Source: Phycisphaera mikurensis NBRC 102666 (lineage in GTDB: Bacteria > Planctomycetota > Phycisphaerae > Phycisphaerales > Phycisphaeraceae). Taken from it: 32,000 bases of DNA. Numbering within the stretch: position 1 is the first letter of the stretch; each line of letters starts with the position of its first letter. The position numbers and the translations under genes are program-made. This document shows, piece by piece, positions 24,816 through 32,000 of this stretch. A model generated the notes under the pieces. That model ran no database searches and had not been told where the DNA came from. It was given only the letters and a program-made list of their open reading frames with translations. The DNA is taken from assembly GCF_000284115.1 (NCBI RefSeq), contig NC_017080.1:480001-512000 (forward strand), written 5' to 3'.

Positions 24816-24920
24816 GGTCGAAGATCCGTTGGGAAGAGACAGGGCGGAGCCGGAGCACGGGGAGGAGCGTCCGACGCTAGCGCAGGGCGGCCCGACGCGC
24901 GGCCGCGTCGGTCGGGGTCG

Positions 24921-25675
24921 GCTTCCACATCGACGGAGTCGATGAGGCACCTGTGGGCGGGTGGCTCATCCACTCCGTGGATGTGGGTCTGAGGGGCCCG
25001 GGTCGGCGGGAAGCGGGAAACCCGCCCGGTCGCGGACGCGGGCTGCTTCGGTTGCAATCGGCTTCTACATCGACGGAGTCGATGAGCCACCTGTGGGCGG
25101 GTGGCTCATCCACTCCGTGGATGTGGGTCTGAGGGGCTCGGGGTCGGCGGGAAGCGGGAACTCCGCCCGGTCGCGGACGCGGGCTGCCTCGGTTGCGATC
25201 GGCTTCTACATCGACGGAGTCGATGAGGCACCTGTGGCAGGTGGCTCATCCACTCCGTGGATGTGGCGGCTCAGGGGCTTGGGCGGGCGGGAAGCGGGAA
25301 ACCCGCCCGGTCGCGGACGCGGGCTGCTTCGGTTGCAATCGGCTTCTACATCGACGGAGTCGATGAGCCACCTGTGGGCGGGTGGCTCATCCACTCCGTG
25401 GATGTGGGTCTGAGGGGCTCGGGGTCGGCGGGAAGCGGGAACCCCGCCCGGTCGCGGACGCGGGCTGCCTCGGTTGCGATCGGCTTCTACATCGACGGAG
25501 TCGATGAGCCACCTGTGGGCAGGTGGCTCATCCATTCCGTGGATGTGGCGGCTCAGGGGCTCGGGCGGGCGAGAAGCGGGAAACCCGCCCGGTCGCGGAC
25601 GCGGGCTGCTTCGGTTGCAATCGGCTTCTACATCGACGGAGTCGATGAGCCACCTGTGGGCAACCAGGTGGCTCA
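24921..25675. repeat. tandem repeat of a ~140/141-bp unit (5 full copies plus a partial sixth), each with a 24-bp-arm hairpin; alternating A/B subtypes give a ~281-bp higher-order unit
   Basis: Unit starts were read at 24921, 25061, 25202, 25342, 25483 and 25623. Units 2 and 4, and units 3 and 5, are near-identical pairs. The array is intergenic, between the gyrA stop and the AKR start. A degenerate flank extends to about 24885. Confidence 0.95.
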
Positions 25676-28363
25676 GGCTTGGGGCGCCTCTTCGGCCACG
25701 GCTTCCTCGGCCTCGCCCTCGTCCTTGATCGGGCTCACGGCGGCGAGCTTGTCGCCGTCCTTCACGTTGATCACGCGGACGCCGGCGGAGTCGCGGTGGG
25801 TCTGGCGGACGTCGTCGCTGGCGATGCGGACGATCATGCCGCCGCTGGTGATGCAGACGAGGCCGTCGCCGGGCTCGACGCGCTTGATCGTGACGACCCG
25901 CCCGTTGCGGGAGGTGGTCTTGATGTCGCGGCGGCCCTTGCCGCCGCGGCCCTGCACGCTGGTCTCGCCGTCTTCGCTCTGCCGCAGGTACTCGGCGGTG
26001 GGCGTGCGCTTGCCGTAACCGTTCTCGGTGACCGAGAGCAGGTCGCTGGCGTCGTCCTGGTCGCAGCGGACGACGCCGACGACGGAGTCGCCGGAGCCCA
26101 GCGCGATCCCCTTCACGCCCGCGGCGTTGCGGCCCATGGCCCGGGCGTCGTCGGCGCGGAAGCGGATCGCCATGCCGCTGGCGGTGCCCAGGATGACGTG
26201 GTCGTCGTCGCCGACGTGCTTGACGCCGATGAGCTTGTCGCCGTCGCGGAGGCCCACGGCGATCAGGCCGCCGGAATGCACGTTGCGGTAGTCGGCGAGC
26301 GCGGTCCGCTTGACCAGGCCGTTGGCCGTCGAGAACAGCAGGAAGTCCTCGCCTTTCTCGAAGTCGGCGATGGGCATGAACTCGACGACCCGCTCCTCCG
26401 CCCCCAGGTTCATCACGTTCACGATCGCCCGGCCCTTGCTCGTCCGCGTGCCCTCGGGGATCTCGTACACCTTCTTCTTGAAGACCCGGCCGGTGTCGGT
26501 GAAGCACAGCAGGTCGTCGTGGCTGCTGGCCACGAGCACCTCGGTGGTGAAGTCCTGCTCCTCGTCGGCGGCGCCGCCGACGGCGTTGGCCACGCTCCCG
26601 CGGACGCCGCGGCCGCCGCGCGCTTGCTGCCGGAACTCTTCGGCGGCGATCCGCTTCACGTAGCCGCGGTGGGTGATGGTCACCACCGCCTGGTGCTCGG
26701 CGATCATGTCGCCCATGTCGAAGCCGGAGATCTCCTGGTCGGTGATTTGCGTCCGCCGCGGGTTGGCGTACTTGTCCCGCATCGTCGAGACGTCCTCGAG
26801 CAGGATCCCGTCGATCCGCTCGGGCCGCGCGAGGATGTCCTCGTAGTCCTCGATGGCCTCGACGAGCTTGGCGTAGTCGGCGACCAGCTTCTCGATCTCC
26901 AGGCCCACGAGCTGGATGAGCTGCAGGCGGCCGATCGCCTCGGCCTGCACGCGGGAGAGCGCGACCTCGTTCTCGGCGGAAGCCGCTCTCAGGCGATCGG
27001 GGATCGACGGCGCCGCGGGGTGGTCCGGGTCGATGCGGAAGCCGCGGGCCATGAGCTTCTCGATCGCCTCGTCCCGCGTGGTGGACGAGCGGATCAGCCG
27101 GATCACCTCGTCGATGTCCAGCACCGCGTAGATCAGGCCCTCGATGCGGTGGGCCTCGATCTGCGCCTGCTTGAGCCGGTACGCCGTCTTGCGGCGGATG
27201 ACGTCGCGGCGGTGGCCGACGTACTCGTCGAGCATCTCGCGGAGCGTGAGCGTCCGCGGCTGGCCGCGGACCAGGGCCAGCGAGTGGATCGGGAAGGTCG
27301 ACTGCAGCGGGGTGAGCGCGTAGAGCTGGTTCTCGACCGTGTGGGGGTCGGCGCCCATCTTCAGCTCGATCACCAGCCGCATGCCCACGCGGTTGCTGCT
27401 CTCGTCGGTGATGGCGGAGATCTCGGTGAGCTTGCCGCTGGCTCGGGCCAGCTTCACCTTGGCGACCACGCCGTCGTTCTTCTGCACCTGGTAGGGCAGC
27501 TCGGTGACGACCAGCAGGTTCCGCTTGCCGCGGGTCTCGTGGTGGACCTTCGCGCGCAGGTAGGCCCGGCCGCGGCCGGTGCGGTAGGCCTGGGCAACGC
27601 CGCCGCGGCCCATGAGGATGCCGCCGGTGGGGAAGTCGGGCCCGGGGATGAGCTGGAAGAGCTCGGCGGTGTCGAGGTCGGGGTTCGCCACGATCGCCTC
27701 GATGGCGTCGCACACCTCGCCGAGGTTGTGGGGGGCCAGCGAGGTGGCCATGCCCACGGCGATGCCGGTGCCGCCGTTGACCAGCAGGTTGGGGAACTTG
27801 CCGGGGAGGTACTGCGGCTCGGTGGTGACGTCGTCGTAGGTCGGCTGCCAGTCGACCGTGTCGAGCTTGAGGTCCTCGAGCAGCTCGGCGGCCGGACCGG
27901 CCATGCGGGCCTCGGTGTACCGCATGGCGGCGGGGGGGTCGGGGTCGACGCTGCCGAAGTTGCCCTGCGGGTCGACGAGGGTGTGGCGGTACTTCCAGTC
28001 CTGGCCCATGTTCACGAGGGCGCCGTAGAGCGACAGCTCGCCGTGGGGGTGGTAGTTGCCGGTGGTGTCGCCGACGATCTTGGCGCACTTGCGGTGCTTG
28101 CTGCTGGGCCGCAGGTTCAGGTCGTTGAGCGAGACCAGCAGCCGCCGCTGCGAGGGCTTCAGGCCGTCGCGGACGTCGGGCAGGGCCCGGTCGACGATGG
28201 TCGACATCGCGTAGGTGAGGTAGCTGTCCGCCAGTTCGCGCTCGATGGACAGGTCGGTGACCCCGCCGCCGGACACCGCCGCGACGCCGGGGGCGCCGGG
28301 CGTTTCAGGCGTCTCCGGGGGCTGGGAGGGGGCGAGATCTTCGGGGTTGAAATCGTCGGCCAT
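25673..28363 (-). CDS. gyrA: DNA gyrase subunit A
   Basis: '[24 protein letters not shown]' is present. The QRDR region is '[18 protein letters not shown]'. The catalytic Tyr lies in '[10 protein letters not shown]'. The C-terminal beta-pinwheel repeats and an acidic tail are also present. Confidence 0.98.
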   Translation of the reverse strand: MADDFNPEDLAPSQPPETPETPGAPGVAAVSGGGVTDLSIERELADSYLTYAMSTIVDRALPDVRDGLKPSQRRLLVSLNDLNLRPSSKHRKCAKIVGDTTGNYHPHGELSLYGALVNMGQDWKYRHTLVDPQGNFGSVDPDPPAAMRYTEARMAGPAAELLEDLKLDTVDWQPTYDDVTTEPQYLPGKFPNLLVNGGTGIAVGMATSLAPHNLGEVCDAIEAIVANPDLDTAELFQLIPGPDFPTGGILMGRGGVAQAYRTGRGRAYLRAKVHHETRGKRNLLVVTELPYQVQKNDGVVAKVKLARASGKLTEISAITDESSNRVGMRLVIELKMGADPHTVENQLYALTPLQSTFPIHSLALVRGQPRTLTLREMLDEYVGHRRDVIRRKTAYRLKQAQIEAHRIEGLIYAVLDIDEVIRLIRSSTTRDEAIEKLMARGFRIDPDHPAAPSIPDRLRAASAENEVALSRVQAEAIGRLQLIQLVGLEIEKLVADYAKLVEAIEDYEDILARPERIDGILLEDVSTMRDKYANPRRTQITDQEISGFDMGDMIAEHQAVVTITHRGYVKRIAAEEFRQQARGGRGVRGSVANAVGGAADEEQDFTTEVLVASSHDDLLCFTDTGRVFKKKVYEIPEGTRTSKGRAIVNVMNLGAEERVVEFMPIADFEKGEDFLLFSTANGLVKRTALADYRNVHSGGLIAVGLRDGDKLIGVKHVGDDDHVILGTASGMAIRFRADDARAMGRNAAGVKGIALGSGDSVVGVVRCDQDDASDLLSVTENGYGKRTPTAEYLRQSEDGETSVQGRGGKGRRDIKTTSRNGRVVTIKRVEPGDGLVCITSGGMIVRIASDDVRQTHRDSAGVRVINVKDGDKLAAVSPIKDEGEAEEAVAEEAPQA

Positions 28364-28412
28364 GGCAAAGCTCCAGCCGCTCGGCGGGGGGCCGGGCGGG
28401 GGCGGAGTTTAG

Positions 28413-29627
28413 GTGATCCGAGCGTGGTGGGGGGCCGCATCCCACGTATCCTCCCGCCCCCCTGGAGCCGTGTGGCCGTGGGGTCCGATCCTCCCGCGGA
28501 GCCCTCGGGAGGTGCAACCTCCCCTGGAGCTGGTCATCGAAGCTGGCATCGTCGGTCTCCCCAACGTCGGCAAGTCGACGCTGTTCAACGCGCTCACGGC
28601 GGCGGGGGCGCTGGCCGCGAACTACCCCTTCGCCACGATCGAGCCCAACGTGGGCGTGGTGCCCGTGCCCGACGGCCGGCTGGAGCGGATCCACGCCCAC
28701 ATTGCCACCGAGAAGGTGATCCCCGCCGCGCTGCGGCTGGTGGACATCGCCGGCATCGTGAAGGGAGCCTCCACGGGCGAGGGCATGGGCAACAAGTTCC
28801 TGTCGCACATCCGCAACGTCGACGCGGTGCTGCACGTGGTGCGGTGCTTCGAGGATCCCGACATCACCCACGTCGACGGCGCGGTCGACCCGATCCGCGA
28901 CATCGAGACGATCGAGCTGGAGCTGCTGCTGGCCGACATCGAAGCCGTCGACAACGCGCTGCCCAAGGCGCAGCGGGCGGCCAAGAGCGGCGACAAGGAA
29001 ACCAAGGCGCGGGTGTCGATGTTGGAGAAGGCCAAGCAGCTGCTCGACGCCGAGAAGCCGCTGCGGCTGCTGGAGCCGACGCCCGACGAGGCGAAAGAGG
29101 CGAAGGCCTTCGGCTTCCTGACCGCCAAGCCGGTCCTCTACGTGTGCAACGTCGACGAGGAGGCGCTGCCGGAAGGGGTGAACGAGCACGTGCGAAAGGT
29201 GCAGGCCCGGGCCGAGGAACGCGGCGGCGAAACGGTCAGCGTGTGCGCGAAGCTGGAGGCGGAGCTGGCCGAGCTCGACGAGGGCGACCGGGCGGAGATG
29301 CTCGAAGCCGTGGGGCTCGGCGAGCCGGCGCTGGCCCCGCTGGCCCGCGCCGCCTACCGGCTGCTGGGGCTGTCGAGCTACTTCACGGCGGGGCCGATGG
29401 AGATCCGGGCGTGGACGATCCCCGCGGGCGCGACCGGGCCGCAGGCGGCCGGTGTGATCCACACCGACTTCGAGAAGGCCTTCATCCGGGCGGAGGTCTA
29501 CGGCGTCGACGACCTCGAGGCGCACGGCAACGAGAAGGCGATCCGCGAGAAGGGCAAGCTGCGGATCGAGGGCAAGGACTACGTCGTGCAGGACGGCGAC
29601 GTGTGCCACTTCCTCACCTCCGCCTGA
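28413..29627 (+). CDS. ychF: redox-regulated ribosome-binding ATPase YchF
   Basis: '[18 protein letters not shown]', '[10 protein letters not shown]', 'CNVDE' (the YchF NxxE specificity motif) and a C-terminal TGS-like '[14 protein letters not shown]' are present. The start is ambiguous: ATG 28413 or the in-frame GTG 28512, which gives a more typical N-terminus. Confidence 0.93.
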   Translation: MIRAWWGAASHVSSRPPGAVWPWGPILPRSPREVQPPLELVIEAGIVGLPNVGKSTLFNALTAAGALAANYPFATIEPNVGVVPVPDGRLERIHAHIATEKVIPAALRLVDIAGIVKGASTGEGMGNKFLSHIRNVDAVLHVVRCFEDPDITHVDGAVDPIRDIETIELELLLADIEAVDNALPKAQRAAKSGDKETKARVSMLEKAKQLLDAEKPLRLLEPTPDEAKEAKAFGFLTAKPVLYVCNVDEEALPEGVNEHVRKVQARAEERGGETVSVCAKLEAELAELDEGDRAEMLEAVGLGEPALAPLARAAYRLLGLSSYFTAGPMEIRAWTIPAGATGPQAAGVIHTDFEKAFIRAEVYGVDDLEAHGNEKAIREKGKLRIEGKDYVVQDGDVCHFLTSA

Positions 29628-29665
29628 CGGGGCCGATCGGCGAGGTGCCCGCCGCCAAGGCGGCT

Positions 29666-29736
29666 CGCACCCTTCGCGGGGGTGCGGAGCCCGCGGACCG
29701 CCACGCTTGCGGCGCGTGCGACGCGACGGTCCGCGG
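29666..29736 (+). terminator. two consecutive GC stem-loops downstream of ychF (CGCACCC-N7-GGGTGCG at 29666-29686; CCGCGGACCG-N26-CGGTCCGCGG at 29691-29736)
   Basis: The stems were read from the sequence. The structure begins 39 nt after the ychF stop. It has no U-tract, so terminator function is only inferred. Confidence 0.3.
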
Positions 29737-29798
29737 CGGTGCGGCCTAGCATAAGGTTGGGGAGTGTTCGGTCCTGTCGGCCCCGCGGAGCGGAATCC

Positions 29799-31079
29799 TT
29801 GGAGACGATCGTCAAGCTGAAGGTGCTCGCCGACGCGGCGAAGTACGACGCCAGCTGCGCGTCGTCGGGCTCGAAGCGGAGCAACACCCGAGGCGGGCTG
29901 GGCAACAGCGACGGGACGGGCATCTGCCACAGCTACACGCCGGACGGGCGGTGCGTGTCGCTCTTGAAGATCCTCTTCACGAACCACTGCGTCTACGACT
30001 GCCGCTACTGCATCAACCGCGTGAGCAACGACGTGAAACGGGCGCGCTTCAGCGTCGACGAGGTGGTGGACCTCACGATCGGCTTCTACAAGCGCAACTA
30101 CATCGAGGGGTTGTTCTTGTCCTCGGGCGTCATCCGCGACCCCGACTACACGATGGACCAGCTCACCGAGGTCGCCCGGAAGCTGCGCGAGGATCACCGC
30201 TTCAACGGGTACATCCACCTCAAGGCGGTGGTCGGCGCGAGCGAGGAGGCGCTGATGCGGGCCGGGAAGCACGCGGATCGGCTCTCCGCGAACATCGAGC
30301 TGCCCAGCCAGGAGGACCTCGACAAGCTGGCGCCCGAGAAGACGATCGACGGAGCCGAGGGCGCGATGACGTCGATCAAGGGCGGGCTGGACGCGTCGGC
30401 CGGCAGGCAGACCGACGCGGCGAAGGCGTCCTCGCTCACGCGGGGCCGGGCCGCTCTGGGCCGCCGCGACCGCTTCGCGCCGGCGGGGCAGAGCACGCAG
30501 ATGATCGTGGGGGCCACGGCCACCCCCGACGCGGACATCCTCGCCACGGCGAACCGCCTGTACGGGCGGCACGGCCTCAAGCGGGTCTACTACACGGCCT
30601 ATTCGCCGATCGAGAAGGGGCACTACGACCTTCCGACCAAGGCGCCGCCGCTGGTCCGTGAGCACCGGCTGTACCAGAGCGACTGGCTGCTGCGCTTCTA
30701 CGGCTTCGGCATCGACGAGCTGCGGCAGGGCGTGGTCGGCGCCGATGGGAACCTCGACCTGGAGGTCGACCCGAAGACTGCGTGGGCGCTGGCGAACCGC
30801 CACTTCTTCCCGGTCGACCTCAACCGCGCCCCGCGGGAGTCGATGCTGCGGGTGCCGGGGCTGGGCGTGCGGACGGTGAACCGGCTGATCGGGATCCGCA
30901 GGCACCGCAGCATCCGCCTGGAGGACCTCAAGAAGCTGCGGGTGGCGATGAAGCGGTGCTCGCCCTTCGTCGTCGCGGCGGACGGCTGGGGCGGGACGCG
31001 CGGGCTCGACGCCGACGGGCTGCGGGCGCAGCTGGTCGGGACCCGCAAGGACGTCCCGCAGCTGTCGCTGTTCGCCTGA
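29799..31079 (+). CDS. putative DNA modification/repair radical SAM protein (TIGR03916 family)
   Basis: 'KLKVLADAAKYDASCASSG' is the family's N-terminal signature. The radical-SAM cluster motif is 'CVYDCRYC' (CxxxCxxC). 'YIEGLFLSSG' is also present, and the C-terminus has a helix-hairpin-helix-like 'LLRVPGLGVRTVNRLI'. I prefer TTG 29799 (GGAG 8 nt upstream) over ATG 29682, whose extension is Arg/Ala junk. Confidence 0.88.
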   Translation: METIVKLKVLADAAKYDASCASSGSKRSNTRGGLGNSDGTGICHSYTPDGRCVSLLKILFTNHCVYDCRYCINRVSNDVKRARFSVDEVVDLTIGFYKRNYIEGLFLSSGVIRDPDYTMDQLTEVARKLREDHRFNGYIHLKAVVGASEEALMRAGKHADRLSANIELPSQEDLDKLAPEKTIDGAEGAMTSIKGGLDASAGRQTDAAKASSLTRGRAALGRRDRFAPAGQSTQMIVGATATPDADILATANRLYGRHGLKRVYYTAYSPIEKGHYDLPTKAPPLVREHRLYQSDWLLRFYGFGIDELRQGVVGADGNLDLEVDPKTAWALANRHFFPVDLNRAPRESMLRVPGLGVRTVNRLIGIRRHRSIRLEDLKKLRVAMKRCSPFVVAADGWGGTRGLDADGLRAQLVGTRKDVPQLSLFA

Positions 31080-31090
31080 CGCGGCGGGCT

Positions 31091-31248
31091 TAGCGCACCG
31101 TGCGCTATTCCCCGAACGCCTCTGCGGGCGAGTCGTGCCCCTCGCTTCGTCGGCTGCATCGCCCTGCAGGGGCAGGGCTGCTTCGCCTCCTCACGAGGAA
31201 CACGACGCGCGGACGCAGGCCGATCGGGGAATCGCGCACGATGCTCTA
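31091..31248. mobile_element. ~158-bp imperfect palindromic (MITE/REP-like) element A
   Basis: The terminal arms TAGCGCACCGTGCGCTATTCCCCGA (31091-31115) and TCGGGGAATCGCGCACGATGCTCTA (31224-31248) match at 22 of 25 positions as an inverted repeat. Complementarity continues inward to a central GCCCTGCAGGGGC. Confidence 0.65.
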
Positions 31249-31412
31249 GCAGGCCGCTGCAGAACCTCGCGTCAGGCGAGAGCGCGGCAGAATCGTGTCT
31301 CGCGAGGAGAGCGGGACCCGCGTAGCCGTCTACTACGTGGGTTACGCTCGACGAAGCGAGACGCGATTCTGCCCGCTCGCAGCCCCGATGGGGTTCTGCA
31401 GCGGCCTGCTAG
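31246..31412. mobile_element. ~167-bp imperfect palindromic (MITE-like) element B, with 16-bp perfect terminal inverted repeats flanked by CTAG on both sides
   Basis: CTAGCAGGCCGCTGCAGAAC (31246-31265) and GTTCTGCAGCGGCCTGCTAG (31393-31412) form a perfect 20-bp inverted repeat. Inner arms GCGGCAGAATCGTGTCTCGC and GCGAGACGCGATTCTGCCCGC also pair. The right end overlaps the stop codon of the last gene. Confidence 0.7.
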
Positions 31413-32000
31413 GCGGCGCGGCGGAGCGGTGAGGCCTGCGCCGGCGCAAAGGCGGCGACGAGCCGGGTGCGGGCCTCGGTGGCGGCGCAGGCCGCCCAAA
31501 CGGCGTCGCGACGCTGCGGCGGGCAGCGGTCGGCGAAGGCGGCGGCGACGCGGGCTTGCGCCAAGCGGAGGTCGCCGCCGAGGCCGACCTCTTCTTCGTC
31601 GGAGACGGGGCCTTCGAGGCGGCCGGGCAGGATCCCGGCGTCGAGGCAGCGGCAGGCCCGCGCGAAGGCGTGTGCCGCGGCGCCGCCGCCATTGACGCCG
31701 GTGTCGATGGCGAGCACCTCGGGCCGGGCGAAGGTCACCGGCAGCGCCCGATCGTGGCGGAGCAGCAGCGAGAGCAGGTCGGTGCGGAGCGGCTCGGCGC
31801 CGGCACCCAGGGGGCCGTCGGCCACCCACCACCAGCGGCGGTGGGGCTGCCGGGCGGCGGTGGCGGCGGCGGCCCGGGCGGCGTGGGGCCGGAGACGCTG
31901 GCCCGCGCCGAGCACCGTGACCACCGGGGCGCGGGCACCGGCGGCGGCCACGCGGAGCGCCGCCGGGGTGTCGGCGTCGAGGGCGAGAAACTCGACGCCG
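31409..32000 (-). CDS. hypothetical protein, N-terminus beyond the window edge
   Basis: It is the only frame here with protein-like composition ('PEVLAIDTGVNGGGAAAHAFARACRCLDAGILPG...'). The frame stays open to base 32000. The stop TAG is at 31409-31411. I recognise no family. Confidence 0.45.
   Translation of the reverse strand, partial: GVEFLALDADTPAALRVAAAGARAPVVTVLGAGQRLRPHAARAAAATAARQPHRRWWWVADGPLGAGAEPLRTDLLSLLLRHDRALPVTFARPEVLAIDTGVNGGGAAAHAFARACRCLDAGILPGRLEGPVSDEEEVGLGGDLRLAQARVAAAFADRCPPQRRDAVWAACAATEARTRLVAAFAPAQASPLRRAA

Noticed and set aside
24885-25675. A CRISPR array, or protein-coding repeats (track ORFs 24961-25413, 25257-26018, 25474-25728)
   Set aside because: The whole ~140-bp unit is conserved with no unique spacers, and there are no cas genes. 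The 140/141-bp alternation breaks any reading frame.
28413-28511. A 33-aa N-terminal extension of YchF ('[18 protein letters not shown]...')
   Set aside because: This is not fully rejected. The extension has no YchF homology, and the in-frame GTG 28512 gives a typical N-terminus. However, its GGGAGG sits directly against the GTG, which is poor spacing. I kept the longest ORF and flagged the ambiguity.
31080-31412. A tRNA or other known small RNA gene in the highly structured intergenic region
   Set aside because: There is no T-loop (GTTCGAATC-like) or cloverleaf arrangement. The structure is two simple long palindromes, which is better explained by MITE/REP-like elements.
1-32000. A defence island, prophage or horizontally acquired accessory island
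   Set aside because: No nuclease, ATPase, methylase, integrase or phage-like genes are recognisable. Composition looks uniform across the window, and housekeeping genes (gyrA, ychF, kdsB, clpS) are interspersed.

Overview
This is a very GC-rich (by eye above 70% G+C), densely coding bacterial chromosomal window. I support about 27 protein genes. I saw no rRNA, tRNA, CRISPR array, transposase or integrase. The gene style (cytochrome-c-fused PQQ dehydrogenase, many lipoproteins, weak Shine-Dalgarno signals) fits a Planctomycetota/Phycisphaerae-like organism, but that is only a guess.

Layout:
(1) 1-6232, + strand: a tightly coupled six-gene glycan operon (rfbA, DUF115-like transferase, GT4, GT2, KpsS/KpsC-like capsule protein, kdsB).
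(2) 6267-12943: envelope and ion genes. These are a lipoprotein, a cytochrome c-PQQ sugar dehydrogenase, a DUF748 protein, a globin-fold lipoprotein lacking haem ligands, and a CPA2 antiporter fused to PTS-EIIA.
(3) 13009-20130: a light-related neighbourhood. It holds a PAS-only protein, a class II photolyase, a 312-bp array of an 8-bp repeat, a LOG-family gene, and a minus-strand cluster of trkH-like, rhodopsin and blh genes.
(4) 20438-24815: a secreted ClpP-class/NfeD-like protease, clpS, an alpha/beta hydrolase and an aldo/keto reductase.
(5) 24921-25675: a ~140-bp tandem repeat with long hairpins that abuts the gyrA stop codon.
(6) gyrA, ychF, a radical-SAM 'DNA modification/repair' gene, two adjacent ~160-bp palindromic MITE-like elements, and a partial hypothetical gene.

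The main hunt result is a KR2-like (Na+-pump clade) microbial rhodopsin. It carries N-D-S instead of NDQ and has altered cytoplasmic selectivity-filter residues. It sits between a TrkH/KtrB-type cation transporter gene and a retinal-forming blh gene, which suggests a candidate light-driven cation-homeostasis module.

Many very long Arg/Pro/Gly/Ala-rich ORFs in the six-frame track are high-GC shadow ORFs and were not called.
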